From Antechinus flavipes (lineage: Eukaryota): 50,767 nucleotides of DNA. The stretch's first letter is position 1; every line of letters begins with the position of its first letter. Shown one piece after another: positions 37,640 through 48,600 of the stretch. The stretch is from positions 623,906,001 to 623,956,767 of the forward strand of contig NC_067400.1 in the NCBI RefSeq assembly GCF_016432865.1. The letters run 5' to 3'. The position numbers were made by a program, and so were the translations under genes. The notes under the pieces are model-generated. The model was not told the DNA's origin. It saw nothing but the letters and a program-made list of their open reading frames with translations, and made no database searches.

Positions 37640-38050
37640 ATTGAGCCTGGCGCACATGCGCAGGGCCAAGCAGCCCCGGGCTCCAGGTGCCCCTTTATTC
37701 GAGGAGCGACGCATGCGCGGGGTTGAGGGTGCAGTTTTGCCTCCTGAGGTGGTTTTCTGAGCTACGCATGCGCCTACGTGGAAGGGTGGGGGGAGGAGTG
37801 GGGTGAGTGAAGGCATTCTGGGGAGTGAGCTCAGACTATTTCCTCTAGGGACTTCCCTGGGGAGGGAGAGGGGAAGAGTAGGTAAGGTTCGGTTGCTGAA
37901 CGCATGCGCGCAAAGCCGACGATGATTCAGAGGCGCGCGGCAGGGCTCGTGCACGCCTCTGGCCAACGGCTTCCGAGGCCCCGCCCTCATCCCTCAATGA
38001 GAGGGCGTGTGTCTAGGGGGCGTGGTCTACTTTCTGCCAATAGGCTTTCG
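37640..38050. promoter_or_regulatory. TMEM143/SYNGR4 bidirectional CpG promoter with NRF1-like motifs
   Basis: ACGCATGCGC at 37709, 37764 and 37900, CGCACATGCGCA at 37651, and GC boxes near 37980 and 38017. Divergent donors at 37619 (-) and 37882 (+, AG|GTAAGG). Confidence 0.7.
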
Positions 38051-38149
38051 ACGCGCGGAGAGGAAAAGGCGGGAAAAAGGCGGGTCTTGGGGAAAAAGCG
38101 GCTGGGGCGGGAGGTGGGGGGAGGGGCAAGAGGGAAGGTGAGGGGGAGG

Positions 38150-38960
38150 ACCCCCCACTTCTGAGGGGAGACCCCAGTTCTTGAGGAAATATCCCCCCAT
38201 TTTAGGAGACTTTGTTCTATTCTGAGACTATACCCTTTCCCATTTCAGAGGAGTTTCCCCCAAATTTGAAGGGAGACCCCCCCTTTCCTAAGAAGAGTCA
38301 CTCCCCCGATTCTGAGCAACCCCCCCAATTCTGAGGGAAGACTACAGTTCTCAGAAGAGATACCCCTAGTTCTGAGGTGGAGACATTTTCTGAGGAAATT
38401 CCACCCCAAGATGACAGGGAGACCTCCCATTTCCTGACGAAAGCCCCCCAAATTCTGAGTAGATAACTGCATAATTCTAAAAGAAAAACCTCATCTACGT
38501 CGATCCCCACATTTTTCTTTCCTGAGGAGCCCCCCCAATTCTAAGGATGGATCTGCTAGTATGAGGGAGAGCAGGGTCTCCCCAATTCTGAGCCACACAC
38601 TCCCAAGAAAGATCATTCAGTTCTGAAGGAAAACTTGCCCTGAGAAGAATTGATCAGGAAACCCCCCATTTTGGAGAGAGTGCCTTCAAATCCCCCCCAG
38701 TCCCCTCTGCCCTCCTTTGTGGGGCAGAGTCCCCCAATACTGAGGTGAAGACACCCCTTCTGCATTAAGGCCCCACTCTGGAAGGGTAGACCACCATTGC
38801 TGAAGGGAAAGTCCTTTATTCTGAAAAGCTTATCTACCAATTTGGGGAGACTCGTTAAGAAGAGGTATCCCCCACTTGTGTGGGGGAAGACCCTATTCTG
38901 AAGAGATAGCCTCAATTCTGTGGTGGGTACTCCCCATCCTAAAGAAATGCCCTCCCATTC
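38150..38960. repeat. Highly degenerate short-unit array (CCCCCAATTCTGAGG-like) in SYNGR4 intron 1
   Basis: Repeated TTCTGAG/TTCTGAA cores preceded by C-runs throughout the interval. Confidence 0.6.
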
Positions 38961-39153
38961 TGGGGCTCCTGGCCTCCATTTCGAGCTAGCGCCCCCTTCC
39001 CTCCCCCCCCCCGGCCCTTCCTCTCCCGGCTCCAAAGCCCCCATGCAGCCGGCGTGACCTTTGCTCCTTGTCTCTCTGCCGTGCCCCAGCTTTGGCCAGC
39101 CGTGTCCGAGCGAAGGGAAGCCCAGCGCCGCCCGCGCCGAGAGAAGGGCCGAC

Positions 39154-42100
39154 ATGTACGTGCCCGAGAGCCTGCACGACCTGGCCGACAGCGAGGTGGT
39201 CCAGTTTGTGAAGAAGCCCAAGACTATATCGCGGATCTTTGCTGGGGTGAGGCCCCGGCCCGGCCCAACGGTGGCCTCGGCAGGTTCCCAGGAAGCTCGG
39301 GGGCGAGTCCCGACATGACCCTGGGGGGGACTTTTCTCGACCCCCGGCAGTCTGCGCCCAGGGGGTGCCGCTTGTGGTCGCCCCGCCTGCCTTCCCAGGC
39401 CTGGGAAACCATCAAGCGCGGGTGGCGCCGAGGCCGGCTCGCGCCCGGGTCACCCGGAGCCGCCGCCAGGCCCACTTCTGTTCCCTTTTCTGCTGGGACC
39501 GCCAGAGCCGGAGGCGGGCACTGGCAAGGCCGCGGGCTCCAGCCTGCACAGCACGGAAGGGTGTGGGCTCGGGGCGGCGCGTCGGGGGCCGGAGGGCGGC
39601 TCCGGGCATTCCGGGTGTCCGCGAAGTGGGCACCGGTGCCAGAGAGAGCGACGAGGAAGGGAAGGACGGCACGGTCAGGTGAGAGCCGGAAGGCCCCATC
39701 GTGCGGGCTCTCCGGCCCTTCCCCAGGGGCTCCGTAAGTCAGAGGGGCCTCCTGGGGGCAGCCTGGGACCCCGAGAGTGGAGAAGGCGACGCGAAGAAGA
39801 GGAAGTAAACCTGGACTAGAGAGAAGCAGGGAACTGCGGGAATGGACGAGACATTTGCCGAGAGATCTGTTTGCTCGGGGACGGTCGAGAAGCTGGGCCA
39901 GCTTTGGCACCTGAGGGGGGGGGGGCGGAATGGAGGAGGACCCGCGGCAGGGCCCATGGGGCCTGAACGGGGGCGGCACTGCAGCGGGGGTGGGGGCAAG
40001 AGGCCCAAGGGAGCCCGCAGTGCAAGGAGGGGCGGAGAAGCGGGGCCAGGACGGGGGCGCCCAAGGCCCGAGGCCCCCAAAGGCCCGAGGCCCCCCAAGG
40101 CCCGAGGCCCCCAAGGCCCGAGGCCCCCCCAAGGCCCGAGGCCCCGAAGCCCGAGGCCCCGAAGGCCGGGATGGAACCTCGGAGAAGCCGGCGCTGCTCG
40201 GCCGGACGCGGGGCCGTGTGCAGAGATAATGGCCGGCGGGAGCCGAGGAGGGAGCCGAGGGAAGGGCCGGAGCCCAGCAGGCCCCAAGGAGCCAGAGAAC
40301 GGAGGCCGCAGGAGGCGTCAAGGAGGGGGAGCGGAGGCGGGAGCGAGCGAATGGAGAGATGTGGACAGGAGCCGGCGGGAGGGGGGGCCCGAGGCGGAAG
40401 CTGGGGGAAGTCAGAGGAAGAGGGGCTGAGGGCAGGGAGGAAGCTCGAGGAGGGGAAAGGCTGGCCCAGGGAGCCGCCGCCTTCCGCTGGGCCCGTTGAG
40501 CAGCGCCGGGCGGGGAGGGAGGCAGGCGGAGGCCGGCCTGCGAGTGGGCAGGGGGCGACCCCCATAAGTCACGGTCCTCGGGGCCAGGCGTAGGGTCCTA
40601 CGGGGTCACCCGGCGGTCGAGGCTGGGAAGACATCGGACAATGAGGAAGGAGGCCAGGCCGCTCTTGACGCGGAGAGCTCGGGCCCGAGGCTGGCACCCA
40701 TGGTCCTGACCCCGGCGTGGGGGAGCCAGAGGGAGGGAGCTGGGGGGGAAGCCTGGGGGGCCCCGGGGATGGGGGGGCTGGCAGAGGCCGAGAGGAGGCC
40801 AAGCCTGGCCTGGACCTGGCCCGGGCCGTCTCGGAGAGGCCGCGGAGGAGGAGGCTAGTTGGGGAGCTGGGGGAGGACGGGGACACTGGGGCGGGGCGAG
40901 GGGCCGAGAAAGGCGGGTCCAAAGTCCCGGGGCTGTGGGGCCGCCGTCAGCCGCTGGGCACACCCTGCTGCTAGTTGGGCACACCCGGCATATGGTGCCC
41001 GGCCACGTCCCCAGGTAGAGGAGCAGCCCGCGCCCAGGGGCCGCTCCCCCAAAGCAGGGCCATGGCGGGGCAGCCTCAGAGCAGGTGGGGGCCGGAGCTC
41101 GGGCACCTGGGAGCGCCAGCAACACAGCAGCTCTTTGACAGGTGCCCACTGGGCATTCGAAAAAGGGCTGGAGCTCTGAGTGGGCTGCAGAGCCCCCCTT
41201 GGGCCTTCCCGGCCCTGCTCCCGCACTGTCGGCTCCCAGGGCTCCGAGGGATGCCCCGGTCCTGCCTTGGGTCCTTAAAGCCCCGGCCCCGGCCTCCTGG
41301 CCATCTGGGCGCCCTCCCCCCGCTTTCTGCAAGAGACCTTTCCTGGCCCCCCAGCCCCGCTCCTTGGAGATGGCCCCGGGCCTGGCACTGGGGGGGGGGG
41401 GCGGTCCAGGCGCTGAGACACAGCTGGAAGGCGGGGCCCGCACGTCCTGGGCTCTCTGAGGTCGGTGCCAAGGGCGGGCGCTGCCCCCCACTCTGGGGAG
41501 ACTCAGGACACCTCAAATCGCCAGGGCTGGCCCCGAAGCCCAAGGTCGTGGGGACGTCCGGAGGGAAAGGGGCGGCCCGGCCCGGCTGTCGGGGGCCCTT
41601 CCTCAGGGTCCCCAGAAACCCTCCAGTTCCCCTCTGCCCAGGGGTCCTAGCCCCTGGGGGGAAGGGAGGTGGAGTGGAAGCCAGTGCCAAAGCAAAAGGA
41701 CCCAGTGGCGGAGGGGAGAGGTGTCCCTGGGAGTGCCCGTGACCCCCGGGAGTGCCCGTGACCCCCGGGAGTGCCTGTGACCCCCAGGGAGGCCCGTGAC
41801 CCCCGGGAATGCCCATGACCCCCAGGGAGGCCCGTGACCCCCAGGGAGGCCCGTGACCCCGGGGAGTGCCTGTGACCCCTGGGAGTGCCTTTGACCCCCA
41901 GGGAGGCCTGTGACCCCCGGGAGTGCCTTTGACCCCCAGGGAGGCCTGTGACCCCAGGGAGGCCCGTGACCCCTGGGAAGGCCCGTGACCCCTGGGAAGG
42001 CCTGTGACCCCCAGGGAGGCCCGTGACCCCCGGGAGTGCTTCACCCTCAGCCCCTGCTCCCTCCAGGTCTTCTCGCTCATCGTGTTTGCCACGCTGCTGA

Positions 42101-42877
42101 CGGATGGCTACCAGAACCTGGCCACCTCCCCGCAGCTGCGCTGCGTCCTCAATGACAACGCCGTGGCCTGCAGCTTTGCGGTGGTGGCGGGCCTCCTGGC
42201 CTTCCTGGGCTGCCTCCTCTTCCTCACCCTGGACACCCTGGTGGCCCGCATCAGCAGCACCCGCCTGAAGACCACGGTCCTGCTGCTGGATTTCTCCATC
42301 TCTGGTAGGGGCTCCTGGGCCCGGCCTGCGCCCCGGGGGAAAGATGGGCTTGGGGGGAGCGGGCGGCCTGGGACCCCACGAGCACAGGCCCTGACCCCGG
42401 CCCCCTCTGCTCTGCCAGTCATCTGGGTCGGAGTCTGGTTCGTGGGCTTTTGTTTCCTGGCCAACCAGTGGCAGCGCTCGCCCCCTCACCGCTACCTTCT
42501 GGGCAACAGCAGCGCCAAGGCGGCCATCGCCTTCTCCTTCTTCTCCATCCCCGTGTGGGTAAGCGCGGGGCGGGGGCGGGGCGAGACCCTGGGGGCCGCA
42601 GTTGTGCCGGGCGGGGGCGGGGCCGGGCTCGCCCGCTGACCCGCGGCTCCTTCCCTGCCCACAGATGGCCCTGGCCTACCTGGCGCTCCAGGACCTCCGC
42701 AGCGACCCGCCCGTCCCCTACAAGCGCTCCCTGGATGAGGGGGGCGTGGCCCTGACCACCCTGTCCTCGGGCACCACCACCATGGGCCCCAACAGCCTGG
42801 GCTACCCGGGCTCCATGCCGCCCCCGTACCCCACCACCCCCAAAACCGCTCGCCTGGCCATGATGAACGACAATTGA
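39154..42877 (+). CDS. SYNGR4: Synaptogyrin-4 (MARVEL domain), 227 aa
   Basis: Exons 39154-39246, 42067-42304, 42419-42558, 42665-42877 (684 nt). MYVPESLHDLADSEVVQFVKKPKTISRIFAG-VFSLIVFATLLTDGYQN, WFVGFCFLANQWQ, QDLRSDPPVPYKRSLDEGG, RLAMMNDN. Confidence 0.96.
40063..40167. repeat. 16-18-bp tandem repeat (~7 copies)
   Basis: AAGGCCCGAGGCCCCC units. Confidence 0.9.
41727..42038. repeat. 19-20-bp minisatellite (~15 copies) just upstream of a SYNGR4 acceptor
   Basis: GTGACCCCC(A/G)GG(GAGGCCC/AGTGCCC) units ending ~30 nt before exon start 42067. Confidence 0.92.
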
Positions 42878-42902
42878 GGCGCCGTGCCGATCTCCCTCAG
42901 TT

Positions 42903-42908
42903 ATTAAA
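42903..42908 (+). terminator. SYNGR4: SYNGR4 poly(A) signal ATTAAA
   Basis: ATTAAA ~25 nt after the stop codon. Confidence 0.65.
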
Positions 42909-43140
42909 GAGACGTGCTCTTCCTCCCACGGAGGTGTTTGAGAAAAGCCCGGCCTGCCCGCCTCGTGTCGGGAGGGGCCGTCGAGGGGGCGCGCGTCCGG
43001 CCGCGGGGATGGGGCGGGGGGCGCGGGCAGAGGCCGCCGTCCTTCCTCCACCCCCTGGCAGAGAACGGCCACTAGGGGGTAGTCGGGGTCCCTCCCCCCG
43101 GGCCCGGACAAGCAGAGACGGCGACAAGTTCAGTTTTGTC

Positions 43141-43146
43141 TTTATT
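43141..43146 (-). terminator. KDELR1: KDELR1 poly(A) signal AATAAA
   Basis: TTTATT on + strand, ~540 nt past the KDELR1 stop codon. Confidence 0.75.
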
Positions 43147-43684
43147 TCAAGTGAACGAGGTTAACCATCAATTCTGTACAAAAATGGGGCCTGGCCCCTC
43201 GCCTCCCGCCCCTCGCCCCTGGACCAAAAAACTGACCAAAAAGATATAAAAGACGGAGGGGAGAAGTCCCCCCGGCACCCCCTCGGATCCAGAAAAAGCC
43301 GGAGGAGGGGCCCGTTGGCTAGGGACGGGGCTGAGCGTTTGGCAAAGTCTGGAGGGAGGGGGAAACGGGGGGGGGGGGGGGGTCAGGGGAGGATTCCCCC
43401 GCCCCAGCGGCTTATAAAAACACAGGCGTCCGGAGGCCGACGAGGCGACGGAAGGGAAAACGGGGGCCCGCCAGAGCCCGCCCGAAGTGAAAAAGATTCC
43501 CTCTGTTTCTCGAAAAGGCAAAACACTAAAGAGCCGAGGTCCGCAGCTCTCGCCCTCCCGGCTGGGGGCCCGGGGAGGAGAAGGGGGGGCAGAAGTTACC
43601 CCCTGGTCCGGGCAGGTCCTGGTCCCCCGGCCCCCCCGCAGCTGCGGCCCGTTTCCTCTCCTCGGAGCCGCCCGGGAGCCGCCA

Positions 43685-45529
43685 CTATGCCGGCAGGCTG
43701 AGCTTCTTCCCCTTTAAGACTGAGAGAGGGGGGAGAGGTCAAGAGGGGTGGGAGAGAAGAGCCCCCAGCCCGGCCCCTCCCAGGCCCCGCCGCTACCTTT
43801 GGTGATGTAGAGGTAGAAGAAGTCGCAGTAGAGCACGGTCTGCACCAGGCCGGCCACGATGGCGATGAGGTCGAAGAAGCCCTCAAACTGGTAGCGCCAG
43901 ATCCAATTGAAGAGGTAGAGCGTCCGGTAGACGCCCAGGGCGAACAGGTAGTGGCTGGTGATGGTCTCCGCCTCCCCCGTCTTGCTCACCATGAAGAGCT
44001 GGGGCAGGATGGCCACCGACTCCAGGTAGATGGAGAAGGTCCAGAGGATCTGGGGACGGAGAAGGGGCGGCGGGTGAGCCCGGGGCCGAGCGAGAGGGGG
44101 ACCAGAGGCCGAGGGCGGCATCGGAGGCCGGCTCTGGGGCCTCTCCCCAAGGAGCAGCCGGGCCCACCGGCTCCCACCGGCTCCCACCGCCTCCCACCGC
44201 CTCCCACCGCGTCCCAGCCCCACGGCCACCTCCCGGCCCCGCGGCCGCCTCACCTCCAGCGGGGTGAAGTCGTGGTTGACGAGAAAGGCCAAGATGGCCG
44301 TGGGGACCACGAGGAACTCCACACGGAAAGTGTCATGGTTGCCGTCATAGGTGGCCTTGAATTTGCTGTAGATCATCCAGACGGTGGTGAAGGAGCAGGC
44401 AATGTAGACCACCTGGGTGAGGGGTGAGGAAGGACCTCCATTGGGGTGACAGCTTGTGGTCCCCAGTGCTGCCCCCCAGAGTTCCCCATCTCCCCCAGAC
44501 TCCCAGCCCCCCCCCAGAGCCCCTGCCCAGAGCCCCTCCTGATCCCAGTCCCCCCAGATGTCCTGACCCCAGCCCCTCCCCCAGACTCCCCAGAGCCCCT
44601 CCTGACCCCAGCCCCTCCCCCAGACTCCCCAGAGCCCCTCCTGACCCCAGCCCCTCCCCCAGACTCCCCAGAGCCCCTCCTGACCCCAGCCCCTCCCCCA
44701 GACTCCCAGCCCCCCCCCAGAGCCCCTGCCCAGAGCCCCTCCTGACCCCAGCCCCTCCCCCAGACTCCCCAGAAACCCTCCTGACCCCAGCCCCTCCCCC
44801 AGACTCCCCAGAAACCCTCCTGACCCCAGCCCCTCCCCCAGACTCCCAGTCCTCCCGCAGAGCCCCTCCCCTGAAGCCCCTCCTGGCCCCCAGCCCACCC
44901 CCACCTTCATGGACGTGTTGTAGAGGGAGATGTAGTTGGTGAAGAGGTCCAGGTAGCGGGCGGTGAAGACCACAGCGAACAGCACCTGACTCTTCCCCGA
45001 GATTCCTGGGGGGACAGAGAGCTCAGTGTGGCCTCTCCGGCCCCCGCCAATTCCCGGGCCAATCCAGGGCCTGCCTCTCCCGCCCGGCCGGCCTCTTTCC
45101 CAGGCCCGCAGCCAGGGGGCGGGCCCGGCCGCGGGCGGGCCCCGAGCTACTAGAGGTCCGGGCTTCGGGCGTCCAACTAGGCCCGGCCGCGCTGGGGGGC
45201 TCGGGGCGCGGACCGTCTGCCCCCCCCCGGCCGGGCCCCGCTCCCCCTGCCCCGGTTTTACCCCCCCAGCCCCGGGATGGGGGGGGCCGTTAGGGAAGGG
45301 GTGGCCCCCTCCCCCCAGGGCCCACGTCACCAGCTCCAGCTCCCTCCCCTCCCCCGCCTGTCTCCGGAGGGGCCTCCAAGGGGCAGCCCCCTGTATCCCC
45401 CCCTCGCCGGGGCCGGGGTCCCGCGCCCCCGCCCTCACCGGCGCAGGAGCGGGACTTCCAGATCTTGAGGAGCAGCAGGATGATGGCCAGGAGGTGGGAG
45501 AGGTCCCCCAGGAATCGGAAGAGGTTCAT
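43685..45529 (-). CDS. KDELR1: KDEL endoplasmic reticulum protein retention receptor 1, 212 aa
   Basis: Exons 45529-45439, 45005-44905, 44412-44254, 44049-43797, 43719-43685 (639 nt). [40 protein letters not shown] ... [22 protein letters not shown]. Confidence 0.98.
44500..44860. repeat. 39-bp minisatellite (~8 copies) in KDELR1 intron 2
   Basis: CCAGACTCCCCAGAGCCCCTCCTGACCCCAGCCCCTCCC units. Confidence 0.93.
45322..45329 (-). promoter_or_regulatory. UPRE-like motif TGACGTGG in KDELR1 intron 1
   Basis: Plus strand CCACGTCA, ~110 nt into intron 1. Confidence 0.4.
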
Positions 45530-45650
45530 GGCCGCGGGCCGGGGGCCGGAGCCGGGGCCTGGGCCGGGGGCTCGTACACGTCCGGGTCCGAGGGCGCCGC
45601 GGGGGAGCGCGGCCGAGCGAGGCCCCGAGCTGGCAGAGGAGGAGGCGGCA

Positions 45651-45674
45651 GCGGCGGCGGCGGCGGCGGCGGCG
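45651..45674. repeat. (GCG)8 trinucleotide repeat in the KDELR1 5' UTR/promoter
   Basis: Directly visible, 120-145 nt upstream of the ATG. Confidence 0.9.
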
Positions 45675-48600
45675 GAGCGAAGGCGGGGGGCGGGGAGGGA
45701 GGAGGGAGGCACCGCCCCCCGCGGGAGGAGCCAGTCGGCAGCCCGCGCCCCCTCCCCGCGGCCCGGCCCAGGGGCCCTGAGGCCGGCTGGGGGTCCCGGA
45801 GGGGGCGCCGGTCCTGAAGGGTTTCCCAATTCCGGGGTCTGAGAGCGAGCCCCAGAGGGGGTCCCGGGCCCCGGGGTCCCCGACAGTGGGGGGCGGAAGG
45901 AGTCCAGGCACTGGACGTGTGGGTCCCCCTCGGGAGGCGAGGAGCGAGGCTCCCCGGAGTGCCTGCCTTCTCCAGGGGGTTGGGCTGGGCTGGGAAGGGG
46001 GCGCTATAAGGCCCAGTGTTCGGGCCCCCCGGGGGTGAGTCCTGGAAAACGCATAAGGTGCGAGGGAGAGCCGGAGGTGCAGAAGCGGGGTCCGCCCTGG
46101 GGCTGTGCCCCTCCCCTCCATCTCTTCAGCGGCCGGGCGAGGGTCCCAAGAACTGGCCCCCTCTCCGGGTCCCAGAAGAGTCGGGGGTGGGGGGCGCTTC
46201 CCCGCCTTTAGCTCTCTTCCCCCAGCGGCGCACATCTGGGGAGTCCCCTCCCTCTGCAAGCCCAGGGGTCTCCCCCTCCCCCCCCCCCCCGGGCCCCTGC
46301 AGGGAGGGCCGCCGCTGTCTCCGCGAGAGGGGCAGACGCGGACTGAATGTTAATCACCCCGCGAGTCTGTGTTCCAGCGAGCGTGTCCCTCTCCCCGTCC
46401 CCCCTCCCTCCCCTTCCCTCCCCTCCCTCCCCACCCTCCCCTCCCGCTCGGGCTCGGGCTCCTTCCCAGCCGCCCGCCCCCCGCCCCAGCTTAGGTGTGT
46501 GTGGCAGGCGGGCGGGCGGGTGGCTCAGTCCGGCGGCCGTCTGTCTGTCTGGCCGGCTCGGTCCCGTCCTTTGCTGCAGGGGGGGCCGAGGGGGGGCTGC
46601 GCTGCGGCCTCGGCGTCTCCTCTCCAGCGGCTGCCAGGTGGGTGTCCGCGGGTCCGTCCCGCCCGGGGGCTGCGGGTCTCCGGGGGGGGGCCGGGGGCTG
46701 TCTGGGGGAATCGGATTGCGTGTGTGTGTAAGGGGGCGGGGTGGAGCGGATTCCGGCCGCCTTTCCCTTGGGCTGTCTGTCTGTCCGCCCCGCCTGGCAT
46801 CTGTCTGTACCTGAGATTTTCGGGCTTGCGCCCGGAGCCTCCCCTCCCCCTCCGGCCGTCTGTCTGTCGGCCCGAGCCCGCGGCCGCGTCTCGGCGTCTG
46901 GCTTTGGGCGGCCGTGGCCTGGGTCCGGCCGTCTGTCCTTGCGGCCGGCGTCCGTCCGCGCCGGGCCCGGGTCCCCGCGGAGATGTGCGTTTCTGTGAGT
47001 GTGTGAGCGAGTGTGAGTGTGCGGGAGAGCGAGAGGCTCCCGCTTCTTCCCAGTGAGGGGGTGTAGTGGGGGGAATCCCTGGGAAGCCGGGCTGGGCGGG
47101 CGCCGCCGGAGGGGGCCGGAGGCAGGTAGCCGGGCGGGCTCCCGCCGAGGTGACCCCGACAGGCGGGGGGAGGGGCGGGGCCGGGACCGGGGGCTCCCCC
47201 AGCAGCGGACCGGCGGGGAGGGAGGGGCCGGGCAGGTGAGCCGGGATCCCCACGGGGTGCAGGGCCTGCCACTCGCCGCCGCACCGAGGGCAGCTTCCCG
47301 GCCAACTTTCAATGCAACATGTGAAGCCTCCCGAGCTGGGCCCCCACCTGAAGCCCCGGGCCGGGGCCCTGAACCCCTCACCTGCTGTGTCCTTCTAGAG
47401 CCTGACTGGGCCCCTGGGCCAGCCGTCGTCACTCCCCTCCCCCACGACACAGCAGGGTCATGAAAAGGTAAGGCCCAAGGAGGGGGCTCAGGGGGGGTGG
47501 GACCCCCGGCCCGGGAGGGGCAGAGGGCGGCCGGGCCGGCTGCTTTCCCTCCCTAGTTGTAGGGCTCCCTGTGCCCCTGCACACACACACACCCCGGCCC
47601 CTTCCCTAGCCCCCTGCCCCCCACTTCCTCAGCAATCGCCTCTCGGCCCCTTCCCTGGCCTGGCCCCGTTTCTCCTCCTCCCTCGGCTCCCTCTTTCCCT
47701 CCCTCTCCCTCCACGTCCTTCTGTCCCTTTCCTTGGCTCTCCCCTGCCCGGCTCCTGCTCGGCTCTCCCCGTCCCCGTCCCTCCCCTCCCTCCCTGCCCA
47801 GCCTGGCTGCCTTGGCCCTTTTCCTCCCCAGCTCCCGTTTCTCCTTCCCCTCCCCTTTCTTTCCCTGGCCCTCTCCCTCCCCATCCCACCCCCTCCCTCC
47901 CTCCCTCTCCTCCCAGTGTCCCTCCCCTCCCTCAGCCTCTGTCCCTGCTCCCAAGGGCTGTGACTCTGCTCTTCATCCTGCTCACAAGGCCCTGAAGGTC
48001 GTCGGGCCCTGGCCCCCCGCCCGGACGCCCCCCCCAAGCCTGCGGCCCTGTCCGGGCCCGCCCCTCCCCCTCTCATCCCCGGGTCTGGGGGGGCCGTCTG
48101 CGGCAGTGCGGCGGAGGCCCCGGGGCCGGCGCAGCTCGCTGGGCCCCGACCCGCGGGAGCTGCCTCTGTCCGGCCGGCACCGGCCAACTCCCCGCCGGCC
48201 GCCCGCCCTCCTCTGCAGCGCCGGGCTGGGGGGAGGGGGCAGTCGTCTCCCAGAGGGAAGGGGACCAGGGATGGAAATCAGTCCCAGAGGCTTGCCCGCC
48301 CTTGGGTGGGAACCCCCCTCTTTGGGGATTGGCCGGGGCTGGGTCCGAAGCTCGGGGTCTCAGAAGGGGCGGACGCCTGGGTCCTCGAGGGGCTCCGAGG
48401 CTCGGGCCCTGCTCAGTTTAAGCGAGGGGACTAGATGCTCCTCGGGGGCCCCTCGTCCCCTCCTATCCGTGGCTCTAGAACTCTGGAGCCGGATTCATGG
48501 GTTCCTGAGTTGGTGGGGAGCAGCCCCCCAGCTGTGTGCTTGGAGTGGGGGGAAGGGAGGGGCAGGAAGAGAAACGAGGGAACGGAGGAAAGGGGAGATG

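Noticed and set aside
43714-45438. 574-aa single-exon protein
   Set aside because: It is KDELR1 exons 2-4 read through their introns from a GTG that is the intron 1 donor. Kept only as the in-frame-intron observation.
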